A DNA stretch of 64,000 nt from Lama glama (taxonomy: Eukaryota): positions 8,372,001 to 8,436,000 of the forward strand of contig CM052832.1 of NCBI GenBank assembly GCA_028534125.1, written 5' to 3'. Positions 1-9,740 of the stretch are shown one piece after another. The position numbers were made by a program, and so were the translations under genes. Below the pieces are notes generated by a model. It had not been told where the DNA came from. It saw nothing but the letters and a program-made list of their open reading frames with translations, and ran no database searches. Positions within the stretch are counted from its first letter, which is position 1. Each line of letters starts with the position of its first letter.

Positions 1-397
1 GCAAGCTCAAACACATGACCAGTTCCTTCCCTGAACAAGGGACAGTGCCTGGATCACGTGATTCCTGAAGGCAGCCCTATTCACTGCAGGACCCTTGGCT
101 CCTGCTGAGAAGCTGTCTCTCCCTCCCCCTCTTCCAGAAGGCCCCTCCCCTCCTTCCACAGATGACAGAGAATGGCCGAGCCCCCCCAGGACTGGCCCAG
201 CCAGAATGGAAGGACTCTGGCCCCCAGCACAATGAGATGGGTCACCCATATCCTACACACCTGGAACCCCTTTCCGATACCTCAGACAAATGCCATGTTC
301 CCCAAGGCAGGAGGGAACGGGGGCAGGAGAAAGTCTGGAAGAAGGATTCAATGGAGAAGGAGAAACCAGCAGGAGCTTTGAGATCAGAATTAAATTC

Positions 398-403
398 TTT
401 AAT
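398..403 (-). terminator. Distal polyadenylation signal ATTAAA
   Basis: ATTAAA about 20 nt upstream of the inferred mRNA end near 377. Confidence 0.8.
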
Positions 404-550
404 ACAAAATGCTTTTTTTTTAAGATATATCTGTATTTCTTTGTTGTTGTTTAAAAATAAATATGTACTACGGAATATCTCGAAAAACTGCACTAGAGAC
501 AAAGATGTGATGTTAATATCTTTTCCCCCACAATTATTACGGATAAACAG

Positions 551-558
551 TAGCACCA
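551..558 (-). promoter_or_regulatory. miR-29 8mer site
   Basis: Sense TGGTGCTA in the distal 3'UTR. Confidence 0.7.
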
Positions 559-787
559 ATAAATAAATGATAACAAATATTAAAATTAAAAAAGGAGAGA
601 GATTTAGTATGTAGAATTCTCTATTTTTCCGTTTTGTTTTTACATATAAAAAACAGAATAGCAATGTCTATTTTATCAGAATCACATATATACATAAACA
701 TATATATATATTTATATATATATATACAAACACAAGTTGCCAAATATATATATAGTATGTAGATGTATATTGAAACCTTATTTCAAA

Positions 788-794
788 GGAATGT
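788..794 (-). promoter_or_regulatory. miR-1/206 seed match
   Basis: Sense ACATTCC. Confidence 0.55.
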
Positions 795-996
795 GTGGTG
801 GGGAGCCAAGGGAAAGGGGAGGGCAGAGCTGAGTGTTAGCAAAATTAAATATCTGTTCAGGACAAGCTAGTGACTGTCACCATCAGGGAGAGAGAGATTG
901 GAAACATGAATTTTATACACAAAGACCAGTACAAATAAGAGCGAGAGAGCAAGAAAGATACATCTCATAAATAGTTGAAATTAAATATTAACCAAG

Positions 997-1003
997 AATA
1001 CTG
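997..1003 (-). promoter_or_regulatory. miR-200b/c/429 seed match
   Basis: Sense CAGTATT. Confidence 0.6.
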
Positions 1004-1824
1004 AAAAAAACCCTACTCTTTAATTAAATTAACTGTTTTAATTTCTAATTAAAAAGGGCTATTAAATAAGTACCGTATATAAAACACTTCTCTTTTCTCT
1101 GCCTCCAGGGTGGGCACGGGGATCCTGCCCTGTCTCTTGATGCCGCGGGAAGGGTTGGGCTGGGGGACAGAAGAGGGTTAACCACTCACACACACACAGC
1201 CAGGTCTCCTGGGGGGACAGAACTAGTGGTTTCAATGGTCTGAGGACATCTGGCCCTCCTGGGCTGCACCCAGGAGGCCAAGCTGGGAGAGGGCCAAGGC
1301 AGAGGGCCATCCCTCAGATGACAAGCTCCACCAAAGTCGCTCTTCTCTTCGCCGAGACATGTCAGTGGACTCCTGGGCATCTCGGAAGCAGGTGAGAGGA
1401 GATGAGGGCTGCCCAGGCTCCTGAATCTTCCAGGCAGTGCCCTTGGGGGCAAGATGCCCGTGCAGCACATGAAGGGGATCCCCAAAGCACAGCAGTGTCC
1501 CGAGGCTCCCCAAATTCCTGGTCAGAGCCAGCGTCCTTGTCCCTGTACCTGTCGTCCATCATTCTGTCCATCTGACTTGGGGTAGAGGCTCGGGGCCAGG
1601 GCTGGGTTTGTCGGTGTTCCCAAAAGCAGGCCAAATTTGCCCCCGTGCCCTGGCCCTGCACATCTCCCAGGCAGGGGAGGGGACCCTGGCTTCCCAAAGA
1701 GGGACAAAATGACGATGCCAGAGTCTTCCCTCTTGTCCTCTTCCCTGTCAGGATCTGGGTGGGGACATTCTCCTCCCAACTCAAGTCCACAGCAGTCAAA
1801 TACATCCAGTGAAGACACCAATAA

Positions 1825-1950
1825 CATTAGCAATGTTAATTTAAAAAAAGAATATATATATTTTATATATATATAAAATATATATATTTATTTTTATATA
1901 TATAATATATATATATATATAACACGTATGTATGTGGGTGGGTGTGTCTA
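1825..1950 (-). promoter_or_regulatory. 3'UTR hypoxia stability region: CA-rich element (about 1947-1926) followed by AU-rich GAIT/stem-loop region
   Basis: Sense GACACACCCACCCACATACATAC then (AT)n tracts, about 320 nt after the stop; matches the described hnRNP L/GAIT switch region. Confidence 0.85.
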
Positions 1951-1997
1951 TAGGAATCCCAGAAATAAAACTCTCTAATCTTCCGGGCTTGGTGATT

Positions 1998-2005
1998 TAG
2001 CAGCA
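1998..2005 (-). promoter_or_regulatory. miR-15/16 family 8mer site
   Basis: Sense TGCTGCTA in the 3'UTR. Confidence 0.75.
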
Positions 2006-2096
2006 AGAAAAATAAAATGGCAATCCAATTCCAAGAGGGACCGTGCTGGGTCACCCGCCCGGGAATGCTTCTGCCGGAGTCTCATCCTCCGGACCC

Positions 2097-2130
2097 AAAG
2101 TGCTCTGCGCAGAATCTCCTCTTCCTTCAT
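2097..2130 (-). promoter_or_regulatory. miR-17/20/93 site (GCACTTT, 2097-2103) and miR-205 8mer (ATGAAGGA, 2123-2130)
   Basis: Seed matches read directly on the sense strand. Confidence 0.65.
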
Positions 2131-2204
2131 GTCAGGTTTCTGGATTCAGGATTATTCTGTTGACGGTGGTGGTGGTGTGGTGGTGGCAGCGGCTGTCAGT
2201 CGTG

Positions 2205-2270
2205 TCAGTCTTTCCTGGTGAGACATCTGGTTCCCGAAACCCTGAGGGAGGCTCCTTCCTCCAGCCCGGC
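2205..2270 (-). other. VEGFA: Stop-codon readthrough extension (VEGF-Ax type) including putative exon 8b (2226-2205): AGLEEGASLRVSGTRCLTRKD-stop
   Basis: 21 open in-frame codons after the TGA, second TGA at 2207-2205; distal AG lies 66 nt downstream of the 8a acceptor. Confidence 0.75.
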
Positions 2271-2292
2271 TCACCGCCTCGGCTTGTCACAT
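2271..2292 (-). CDS. VEGFA: VEGFA exon 8a coding part (CDKPRR-stop)
   Basis: CAG|ATGTGACAAGCCGAGGCGGTGA; TGA at 2273-2271. Confidence 0.99.
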
Positions 2293-4368
2293 CTGCGGGG
2301 AATGGGAAACAGAGGCCGGCGGGGTTAGGGCCGGGGGAGGAGCCCTGGTGGGGAGGTCGCAGCCTCCCCTTCCTACAGCCCAGCACTGGCAGCAGAGCGG
2401 AGAGGAGAAAGCGTGGCCCTGCCTCCAGGAGCCCCTGCCTGAGAGGTCCCTTGTGAGCAGCAGCTCTGCCCAGGGCTCCCAGTCTGCCCTCTGGAGCTTA
2501 CAATCTAGATGAGACAAAACAAGGACATGAGGACATCTCATCACAAACAACAAATGAACACGTACCAGAGAACAGTCCCTACTGGACATTTAAGAACTGA
2601 CGGGTGAGCAGAGTTGGACCAAGTCAATCAGCAAAGCGTCGACAGAAAGAGGTGTTTCAGCTCAGTTTCTACGGGGCTGGTTTGGGGGAATGAGTGGGGA
2701 CAGCAAGGGATGGGGCTTGTGCAGAGGTCCAGCTGGGGCAACGGATTGGAAGGGAGGTGCTGCCTGGGGGGGAAAGTGAGGTTCCAAAGAGAGGGGGAGC
2801 CAGCAGGGCCTGGGGCCCCGGGAAGGTGAGGTACACGCCTCCCTCCCCACACCCTCCATCCCGGCCTCAGCTGCAGGCCTCAGGTACCAAGCTGCCTGTC
2901 CTTTCCAATATGCTATTCCACTTAGGGCAGGGGAAGCAGAGGGGATGCCTAGAACTTTCCCATCATGCCCCTGCCCCTGGGCTGCTCGCCTCCTACCCGC
3001 CCCACATAAGGAGGGAGCAGAGCAGTTCCTGACCTTCTGAGAGCCTGGGAACAGGGATCCTAACCCTCCAATATGGGGACTGAAACTCCCCCATCCAGCC
3101 AGGTTAGGGGGTGGGTTGGGTAACTTCAGTTCACTCAAGTCACTGCAGACATTCCCCACCCCATCTCTGCAGAATAATCACCATGGTAACCCTAAAATGG
3201 CAAGTCCCTTATCTTCTCTGAGGCCCCCAGGGACATAGATACCCCTCATCCAGCTCTAGAGTGAGGCAGAGCCCCCCACCTTCAGCACCACTGTACACTT
3301 CCTGTCTTAACATACTGCCAAGACAGACAGAACCCCACACCAACACCTCAGGCCCTGGCCCCCAGTATCATCTGATACTCACAAGCCACAGGAATGCCGG
3401 GGACGGGAAAGACAGCCATACTCTAAAGACTTTGTTAATGAATGAGGCATCTGGACTGGCCAGGGGGCACCCTGGCCCTGCCAGGAATCCCCATAAAAGC
3501 TCCTCCCCTCTGGGTGAAGCTTATGCCGACCCAGAGGTCTCCTGCCTTTGAGTACAAGCCAGATGGGTATAAACGCCAGTCAAAGCATCAAAAGATTGTC
3601 AGCCACCTGTCACGGCCATGTGCTCCTGCCTTCACCCCTGAACTCAGACATGCATTCACACATGCACTTGACGCTTCCTTGGTCCCCAGTGTGAACAAGG
3701 GACAGGGGTACAGATGTCGTGGGAGGGGGGAGGTGTCAGACAGGTGAATAAAAACCAGGCCCAAGTGTGAGGAGCTTACAGTCTAATATTAGGAAAGTAG
3801 GCAGGCCCGATCCCCCCACCCATCTGGGGGCATTTGGAAATATGTAGGCCGTTTGGGGCATTGCTGTGCCTATTGGAGTACTAAGGGTCCCTAGTGTCCC
3901 CTGAGGTTACATATCCTATCCACCCTAAATCAACAGCCAGAACCTGTGCCCTCCAGGACCCCAGTCTGAGGACGGACTCAACCCCTGTCCCCGTGGAGAG
4001 ACACTGAAGGAATGAGAAATCCAGTGGTACAGACCTCAGACAAAGTGGCGAGGACCACAACTGTTTGCACTTTGCAGAGGCAGCACCCCCCACGCCGGGA
4101 AGGGCCCTCCCTATTAGTAAAGGTGGTAGTAACAATATCAGGACCAACAGTCACCACGAGCAGGACCACAGGACACAACACTCAGCTTGCGTCCACACCA
4201 CCACATGAAGCCACACTGGCCTGCCCACTCAGGCAACCAGGGCAAGATCTGAACAGGCCCTGCCAGGCCGGCCAGTGCCTGCCACCCAGCGCAGGGACAA
4301 GCAGAGAAGACAGCGGTCACCAGGCAGGCAGCTAGAAGCCCAGCAAGCAGCTGGCCCCTCTCAGGTGT

Positions 4369-4412
4369 GCTCGCTCGCTCTCTCGCTCTCTCGCTCTCTC
4401 GCTCTCTCTCTC
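4369..4412. repeat. (CT/CG)n microsatellite near the exon 7 donor
   Basis: gctcgctcgctctctcgctctctcgctctctcgctctctctctc. Confidence 0.85.
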
Positions 4413-4446
4413 CCCTCTCTGACTTGCTCGTCCTCTGGGAACCAAC

Positions 4447-4578
4447 CTGCAAGTACGTTCGTTTAACTCAAGCTGCCTCGCCTTGCAACGCGAGTCTGTG
4501 TTTTTGCAGGAACATTTACACGTCTGCGGATCTTGTACAAACAAATGCTTTCTCCGCTCTGAGCAAGGCCCACAGGGA
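4447..4578 (-). CDS. VEGFA: VEGFA exon 7 ([43 protein letters not shown])
   Basis: 132 nt, CAG acceptor, GTTGGT donor; partly in ORF 4332..4544. Confidence 0.99.
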
Positions 4579-5707
4579 CTGCAAAAGGCAAAAGGAAAGA
4601 CATCTAAGCTAGAGCGTCAGCAGAGAGAGAGAAAAAAAATCCATGCAACACCCCCTACCATGTCGGCAGCGGCACCCCCACCCGGCTCTAGGGCCCCCAC
4701 ACCCTTCCACGCCCTGGAAGGATCCGATGCCACAGCAGAAGACAAGACAGAGCGGCGGAAAGAGGCAGCACTTGGCTAGGAAGTCTGCCCGCAGCAAGAG
4801 GAGGACACAGGCAGGCAGAGAGTGCAAGGACAGGGCTGTCGTAAGGGGCAGAGCTGTCCCATGGGCACAAGTGCAGATCTCGGGCCATGGGGCCCCAACG
4901 GCTACCACCCCTGAAAAAGCACACCTTTGACTCTCCACCTCCTGGGGATGGCAATCGGGCCACCTTCTCCCTGTGAGAGGGCTCGTGCCCAGGCCTCTCC
5001 ACCAAAGGTGGGCTGAAGCAAGGAGTGATGGCAGGCTAAGCCCAGAGGCAGGGTCCACAGGCCAGGCCACTGGTGACCACAGGGCCCATGACAGGGCCTC
5101 CCCCACAGTCTTGAACCTGAAGGAAGAGGCTGCCCTATGGGGAGGCTTCTGTGGGTTGGGCTGGAATAGGGGGCTGCCTTCCAGAGGCCCCAAGTCCACA
5201 AGGAGGGGCTGCAGCAGTGCCTGACCCCACCTCCTCTTTCAGCCAACAACAAGCTGCCTCGTGCCATTCGCATCCCTTCCTCACGACACGTCTGCCCTCC
5301 CCACCAGCCTCAGCTTCCAGACAAGTGTGGAAGCCTAGAGCAGTGGAAACCAGTTGGGTGAGCAGGCGTCAATGCCTGGCACCCGTGCCAACATGGGCCC
5401 GCCACCAGTGCCCAGTGGGTGAGAGAAAGGCGGTGCCCAGCCAAGCCAGAGGCCCCTCCCTGAATCCTCCAGGCTCCCTCTGCCCATTTGCCCACCCCTC
5501 AATCCTGGACCAGCCAGGCCACCACCACATCTACCCATCGGTGCCAATTAGTGGAGCGAGAGTGAGAGAGAGACACTAGGGCAGAGGGGAGGATGGGAGC
5601 TGAGGCGAGGGGGAGGGAGGGAGGCTGGGTTCCGGGGTCCTGCAGACAGGAGTTTGATTGGGGGCCTGGGAGGCTCCAAGGAGTGAGACAGCGGTGGCAC
5701 CACGTAC

Positions 5708-5779
5708 ACGCTCCAGGATTTATACCGGGATTTCTTGCGCTTTCTTTTTTGCCCCTTTCCCTTTCCTCGAACTGATTTT
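5708..5779 (-). CDS. VEGFA: VEGFA alternative exon 6a (basic heparin-binding KSVRGKGKGQKRKRKKSRYKSWSV; VEGF188 type)
   Basis: 72 nt, CAG acceptor, GTACGT donor; internal donor CCCG|GTATAA (exon end 5726) for the VEGF182/183 type is also present. Confidence 0.96.
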
Positions 5780-7625
5780 CTGGAAAATAAAAAAACAGAG
5801 ACAGACAGAGAGAGAGCGAGGGGGAAGGGGAGAGGAAAGGAAGCAGTGAGGAGGGCAGGGACAGGACACGTTCTGTGGCATGAGGCTTGTGGGGATAGGC
5901 GGGCTCCAGGGAAGAGCTTGCACACACGCACACACACACAGGATGGGGCAGCAGGCGCTCAACAACTCCTCCTTCTCACATTGGCCACCCTTGAGGGACA
6001 AACCCAGCCCCCAGCAAGGCTCTGGGTGGGGAGCAGAGGCTGGGCGGAGAGCACTGGACCCACAAGCCTCCACACTCACGGTGTCTCCTGGTCCCAGGCA
6101 GGGGACAAAGCCTAGAGGGCAGGCCCTTTGCCCAGCATCCCTGAACAAATCTGACCCTGAAGGTCAGGGGGCCATAAAGGGAACACCTGAGTTTAGGGAG
6201 CAGGTCAGAGACCTGACTTGATGAGGGTGTGGGGGATGGGGACACAGTCTGTGCTCCAGGCACCTTCTGCCTTCATTTCCATGTACAATGGTGAGGGGGT
6301 CCCTCCAGGGCCAGTGTCGGCAAGCAGCTACATTGGGAGCTGGCACAAAACCAAGGGCGGCACATGAAAGGCACCAGCCAGCTCAGCCATAACCTGGGCT
6401 GAGAGGCGGGCCTAGGTGTCAGAGCCCCAGGCAGGAGGCAGGGTGGGGTAGGAGTTAGGGAGGCATCAGGAGGAGGGGCCTGGGCGGCACTTGGCAGGGC
6501 GTCCTCTTTCCAGCCTGCCAAAGCCTGCTACACCATTTCACCAGACACTCTCCCTGTGGGCAAGGCAGGCGTTTGGGGAATGGGAAAGGGGAGCAGGCTG
6601 AAGCCTGTCCCCCTCAAGGGAACCAGTGCTCTCCATACCTACCAGGCCCAGAGAATGCCCCTGGGAACATCTACCACAGGGGAGAAATGAGGGGGAAGGG
6701 ACAGAGGAGAGGGGCAAGTCTGCTCCCTCTCAGGAGAAAGTACTGGAAGGTAGAAGGGCTTCACTCTGTCTCACACACACGCACATGCACGTCCACTCTC
6801 TCTCTGAGCCTGCTCTCCCCAGTCACTGCTCTGGCAGCCACAGCAATCCTGGAAGCTGGGGACTTAGGGAAGAGACAAAGGGTTGAGGCTTAGGGGGCTT
6901 CAGTGTTCCCAGAGCATTGAGGGCAGACAGGATGGTGGGTGGGGGAAGGGCAGAGGTGCTCTCTCTCAGTCTCTTCCCCTGCAAGGCTCATCCCCCATGG
7001 CAGCTGCTTGCCCCGTCTTGAAGGCTCACCACCCCCAGACCTCACCCTCCACACCATCCTGACCCAACCCTCCACACTGAGCCACTGGAAAATTCAGAAA
7101 ATGACCAACGTTCACCTCCTGCTCCCTGGCCAAGAGGGCTGAGTGTCTCCGGCCTGCCTCACTCCCACAGGAGGGCACACACTAAGAAAACACCCTAGCC
7201 AGCCCCAAATCCAACTGCACCACTGCAGCCACCAAAAGAGGCCATTTCCTCTGACACACAAAAGCTGGCCTCTCTGTCACCCACTCCCTCTCCCTGCTGT
7301 GGGCAATGGGAAGCTGGAGCAAGTCAAGAGCCAGTGACCTCACCAGCCCCCGACACACCAAGATGGCGAGTCCTGGCCAGGAATGGCCTGGAAACACATC
7401 GTCTATTCCAAAGGAAGTTCCAGGCACCAGGCTGGGTTTTGTCACTCATTCTAGAAACATAATCCTGGAGTTTGCTCCATCCCACTGCTGCCACCACAAG
7501 TCCCCGTGAGACCAACTCTCAGACCCAGTGAAGCCATCAGACCCCCCTGAGAGAGGAAGCCAAGAGCCCCAAACCAAGACAACCAGCCAAGGAGAGGGAG
7601 AAGAGCTAAAGTCATGGCCACTTAC

Positions 7626-7655
7626 TTTTCTTGCCTTGCTCTGTCTTTCTTTGGT
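7626..7655 (-). CDS. VEGFA: VEGFA exon 5 (RPKKDRARQE)
   Basis: 30 nt, CAG acceptor, GTAAGT donor. Confidence 0.98.
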
Positions 7656-7744
7656 CTGCAGAGGGATAGAGATAGAGAAAAGAACAAACTGAGAGGGGTT
7701 CAGATGGCAATGGTAATGATAACAATAAAAACAATAATAGTAAC

Positions 7745-7955
7745 TTAACACAGTATATAAGATAACCAGTACAGTTTTAATCTCTTGACATATAACAACT
7801 CACTCAATCCCTCTAACAATGACAGGAGGTACATACTATTATAGGGCCCATTTTACAGATGTGGAAACTGAGGCACATTGGAGTAAAATTGAAATGCCCG
7901 TGGTTATACAATTGGAAGGTGGATATGGGCTAACAAGTGGAATGTGCTTAACCCT
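7745..7955 (-). mobile_element. MIR SINE in intron 4
   Basis: Core cccattttacagatgtggaaactgaggcaca. Confidence 0.75.
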
Positions 7956-8016
7956 GGCACAGAGCAGGCCCCCTGCAGCCATTTGCTAAACAATGAATCT
8001 GTCGCTCCATCCTCAC

Positions 8017-8093
8017 CTGCATTCACATTTGTTGTGCTGTAGGAAGCTCATCTCTCCTATATGTTGGCCTTGGTGAGGTTTAATCCGCATAAT
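8017..8093 (-). CDS. VEGFA: VEGFA exon 4 ([25 protein letters not shown])
   Basis: 77 nt, CAG acceptor, GTGAGG donor; translated by hand. Confidence 0.99.
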
Positions 8094-8887
8094 CTGGAGG
8101 GAAAGGAAGCAGATCACAGAGGTTAGTGACCCAGCCAGCCATACCTAGGTGGGACACCCCCATGGCTCCTGCCACTCAGCACCTAGAGCAGGGATGGGTG
8201 GTGGAGGTAGGGGGACCAGGGGCTCTACCAGAAAGAGCCTCAGGCCCACCCCAACTCCCCTTGCCCTGCTGACCTCAAGGAGCCCCTGCTCCTCTTGAGG
8301 GCAGATGCAGCTGCAGGGTTGGCCAGGCTGGGAATTCGGGTCCTGGGTTCTTGCCACTCCCTGTCCCTCCCCTCCTGTCATTGCCTCCAGGCCTGACCCT
8401 ACCCCTAGTAGCTACCCAAGAGCCACCCACACCTCCCTGGGTTCTTAGGTCTCCCTCCCATCCCATCCAGGATAAGATGTGCCCCATCACCAGGCAGCAG
8501 CAAACTGGCTTTTTTAACCTTCCACAGTCCAGGCTCATCCAGCTTCCCAAACAGAACCCCCAAGGAGGGAGGGCCTCTTCCTCCAAGAGTGGAAGGAAGG
8601 GGCTCCTATCACAGGTGTCAGCCCCTTCCCGAGCCCAGGGGGCAGAGCTCAGAGAGGAAGAGGAAGTGTTCAGGGCTTGCTAGAAAACTCGACTGGGAAA
8701 TGCAGTATCTTTTCTCCAAAGAGAGCAAGACCCCCACATCCCGCTTAGACTGACTCAGGAGCAGGAGCTAGGCAAGGTAAGCCTGGCTCCTTCCTTCAAG
8801 AGCTGCCCAGGAAAGGACCCAGGACCATCTGTTGCCAGCCTAATGCCTCCACCGCAGCCCCTGCCCCCACTTCCCACAGGTACGCAC

Positions 8888-9084
8888 CTGCATGGTGATG
8901 TTGAACTCCTCGGTGGGCACACACTCCAGACCTTCATCATTGCAGCAGCCCCCACACCTCATCAGGGGCACACAGGACGGCTTAAAGATGTACTCGATCT
9001 CATCAGGGTACTCCTGGAAGATGTCTACCAGGGTCTCGATTGGACGGCAGTAGCTGCGCTGGTAGACGTCCATGAACTTCACCA
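8888..9084 (-). CDS. VEGFA: VEGFA exon 3 (PDGF/VEGF cystine-knot core [22 protein letters not shown]...FNITMQ)
   Basis: 197 nt, AG/GT boundaries, [13 protein letters not shown] signature in ORF 8840..9178. Confidence 0.99.
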
Positions 9085-9524
9085 CTGCGTGGGAGGGGTG
9101 ACGTATGAGCCCAGCAGGTCCCGTAAGAGGTAGCTGGCCCCTATTTCTACCCAGCTCTGAAAGACTGCTCCTTTCCATGACAGGTACGTGCTATAGGATA
9201 AGTCCTTCCAAAAATTTAACTTAAGTCCCTCAGGCTGTGGTTAAAGTCCTTCCCTAAGTTCTCCACCACCAACATTGATGAAGTCGTGTTTTTATTCCAA
9301 AGATCACATGGTGCTGTCAGGTTCTGAGGGAGACAGCCTGACACATCTGACCCCCCTGACTCACCATGACGGTCAAGCCAATCCCAGGGTCAACCTTGAG
9401 TGTGAGTATAGCTGTTGAGGGTGCTCTAAGCTTCCAGTGGAAGGAGGAACAGTCAGCTTAGCAAACCTACTCCCCATTTCCCTCCAACCTCCTCACAGCC
9501 ACTGCCATATCATTGACTGACAAC

Positions 9525-9740
9525 CACTCAATGAGCACTTCTTATGCACTGGACATGTACACAGCAGTCCACGTATGTCACCTCAAACAATTCTCCCACC
9601 ATGGTACTATGAGGTTTTAGTAGGACCCCTACTTTACAAATGGGGAACTAGAGACTCAGAGAGGCTGAGTAACTGGCCCAAGGACACACTGCCAGTAGGT
9701 AATAAAGTCAGCTCCGACATCAAAGTCTTCCCAAGCCAAC
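9525..9740 (-). mobile_element. MIR SINE in intron 2
   Basis: tttacaaatggggaactagagactcagagaggctgagtaactggcccaagg. Confidence 0.7.
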
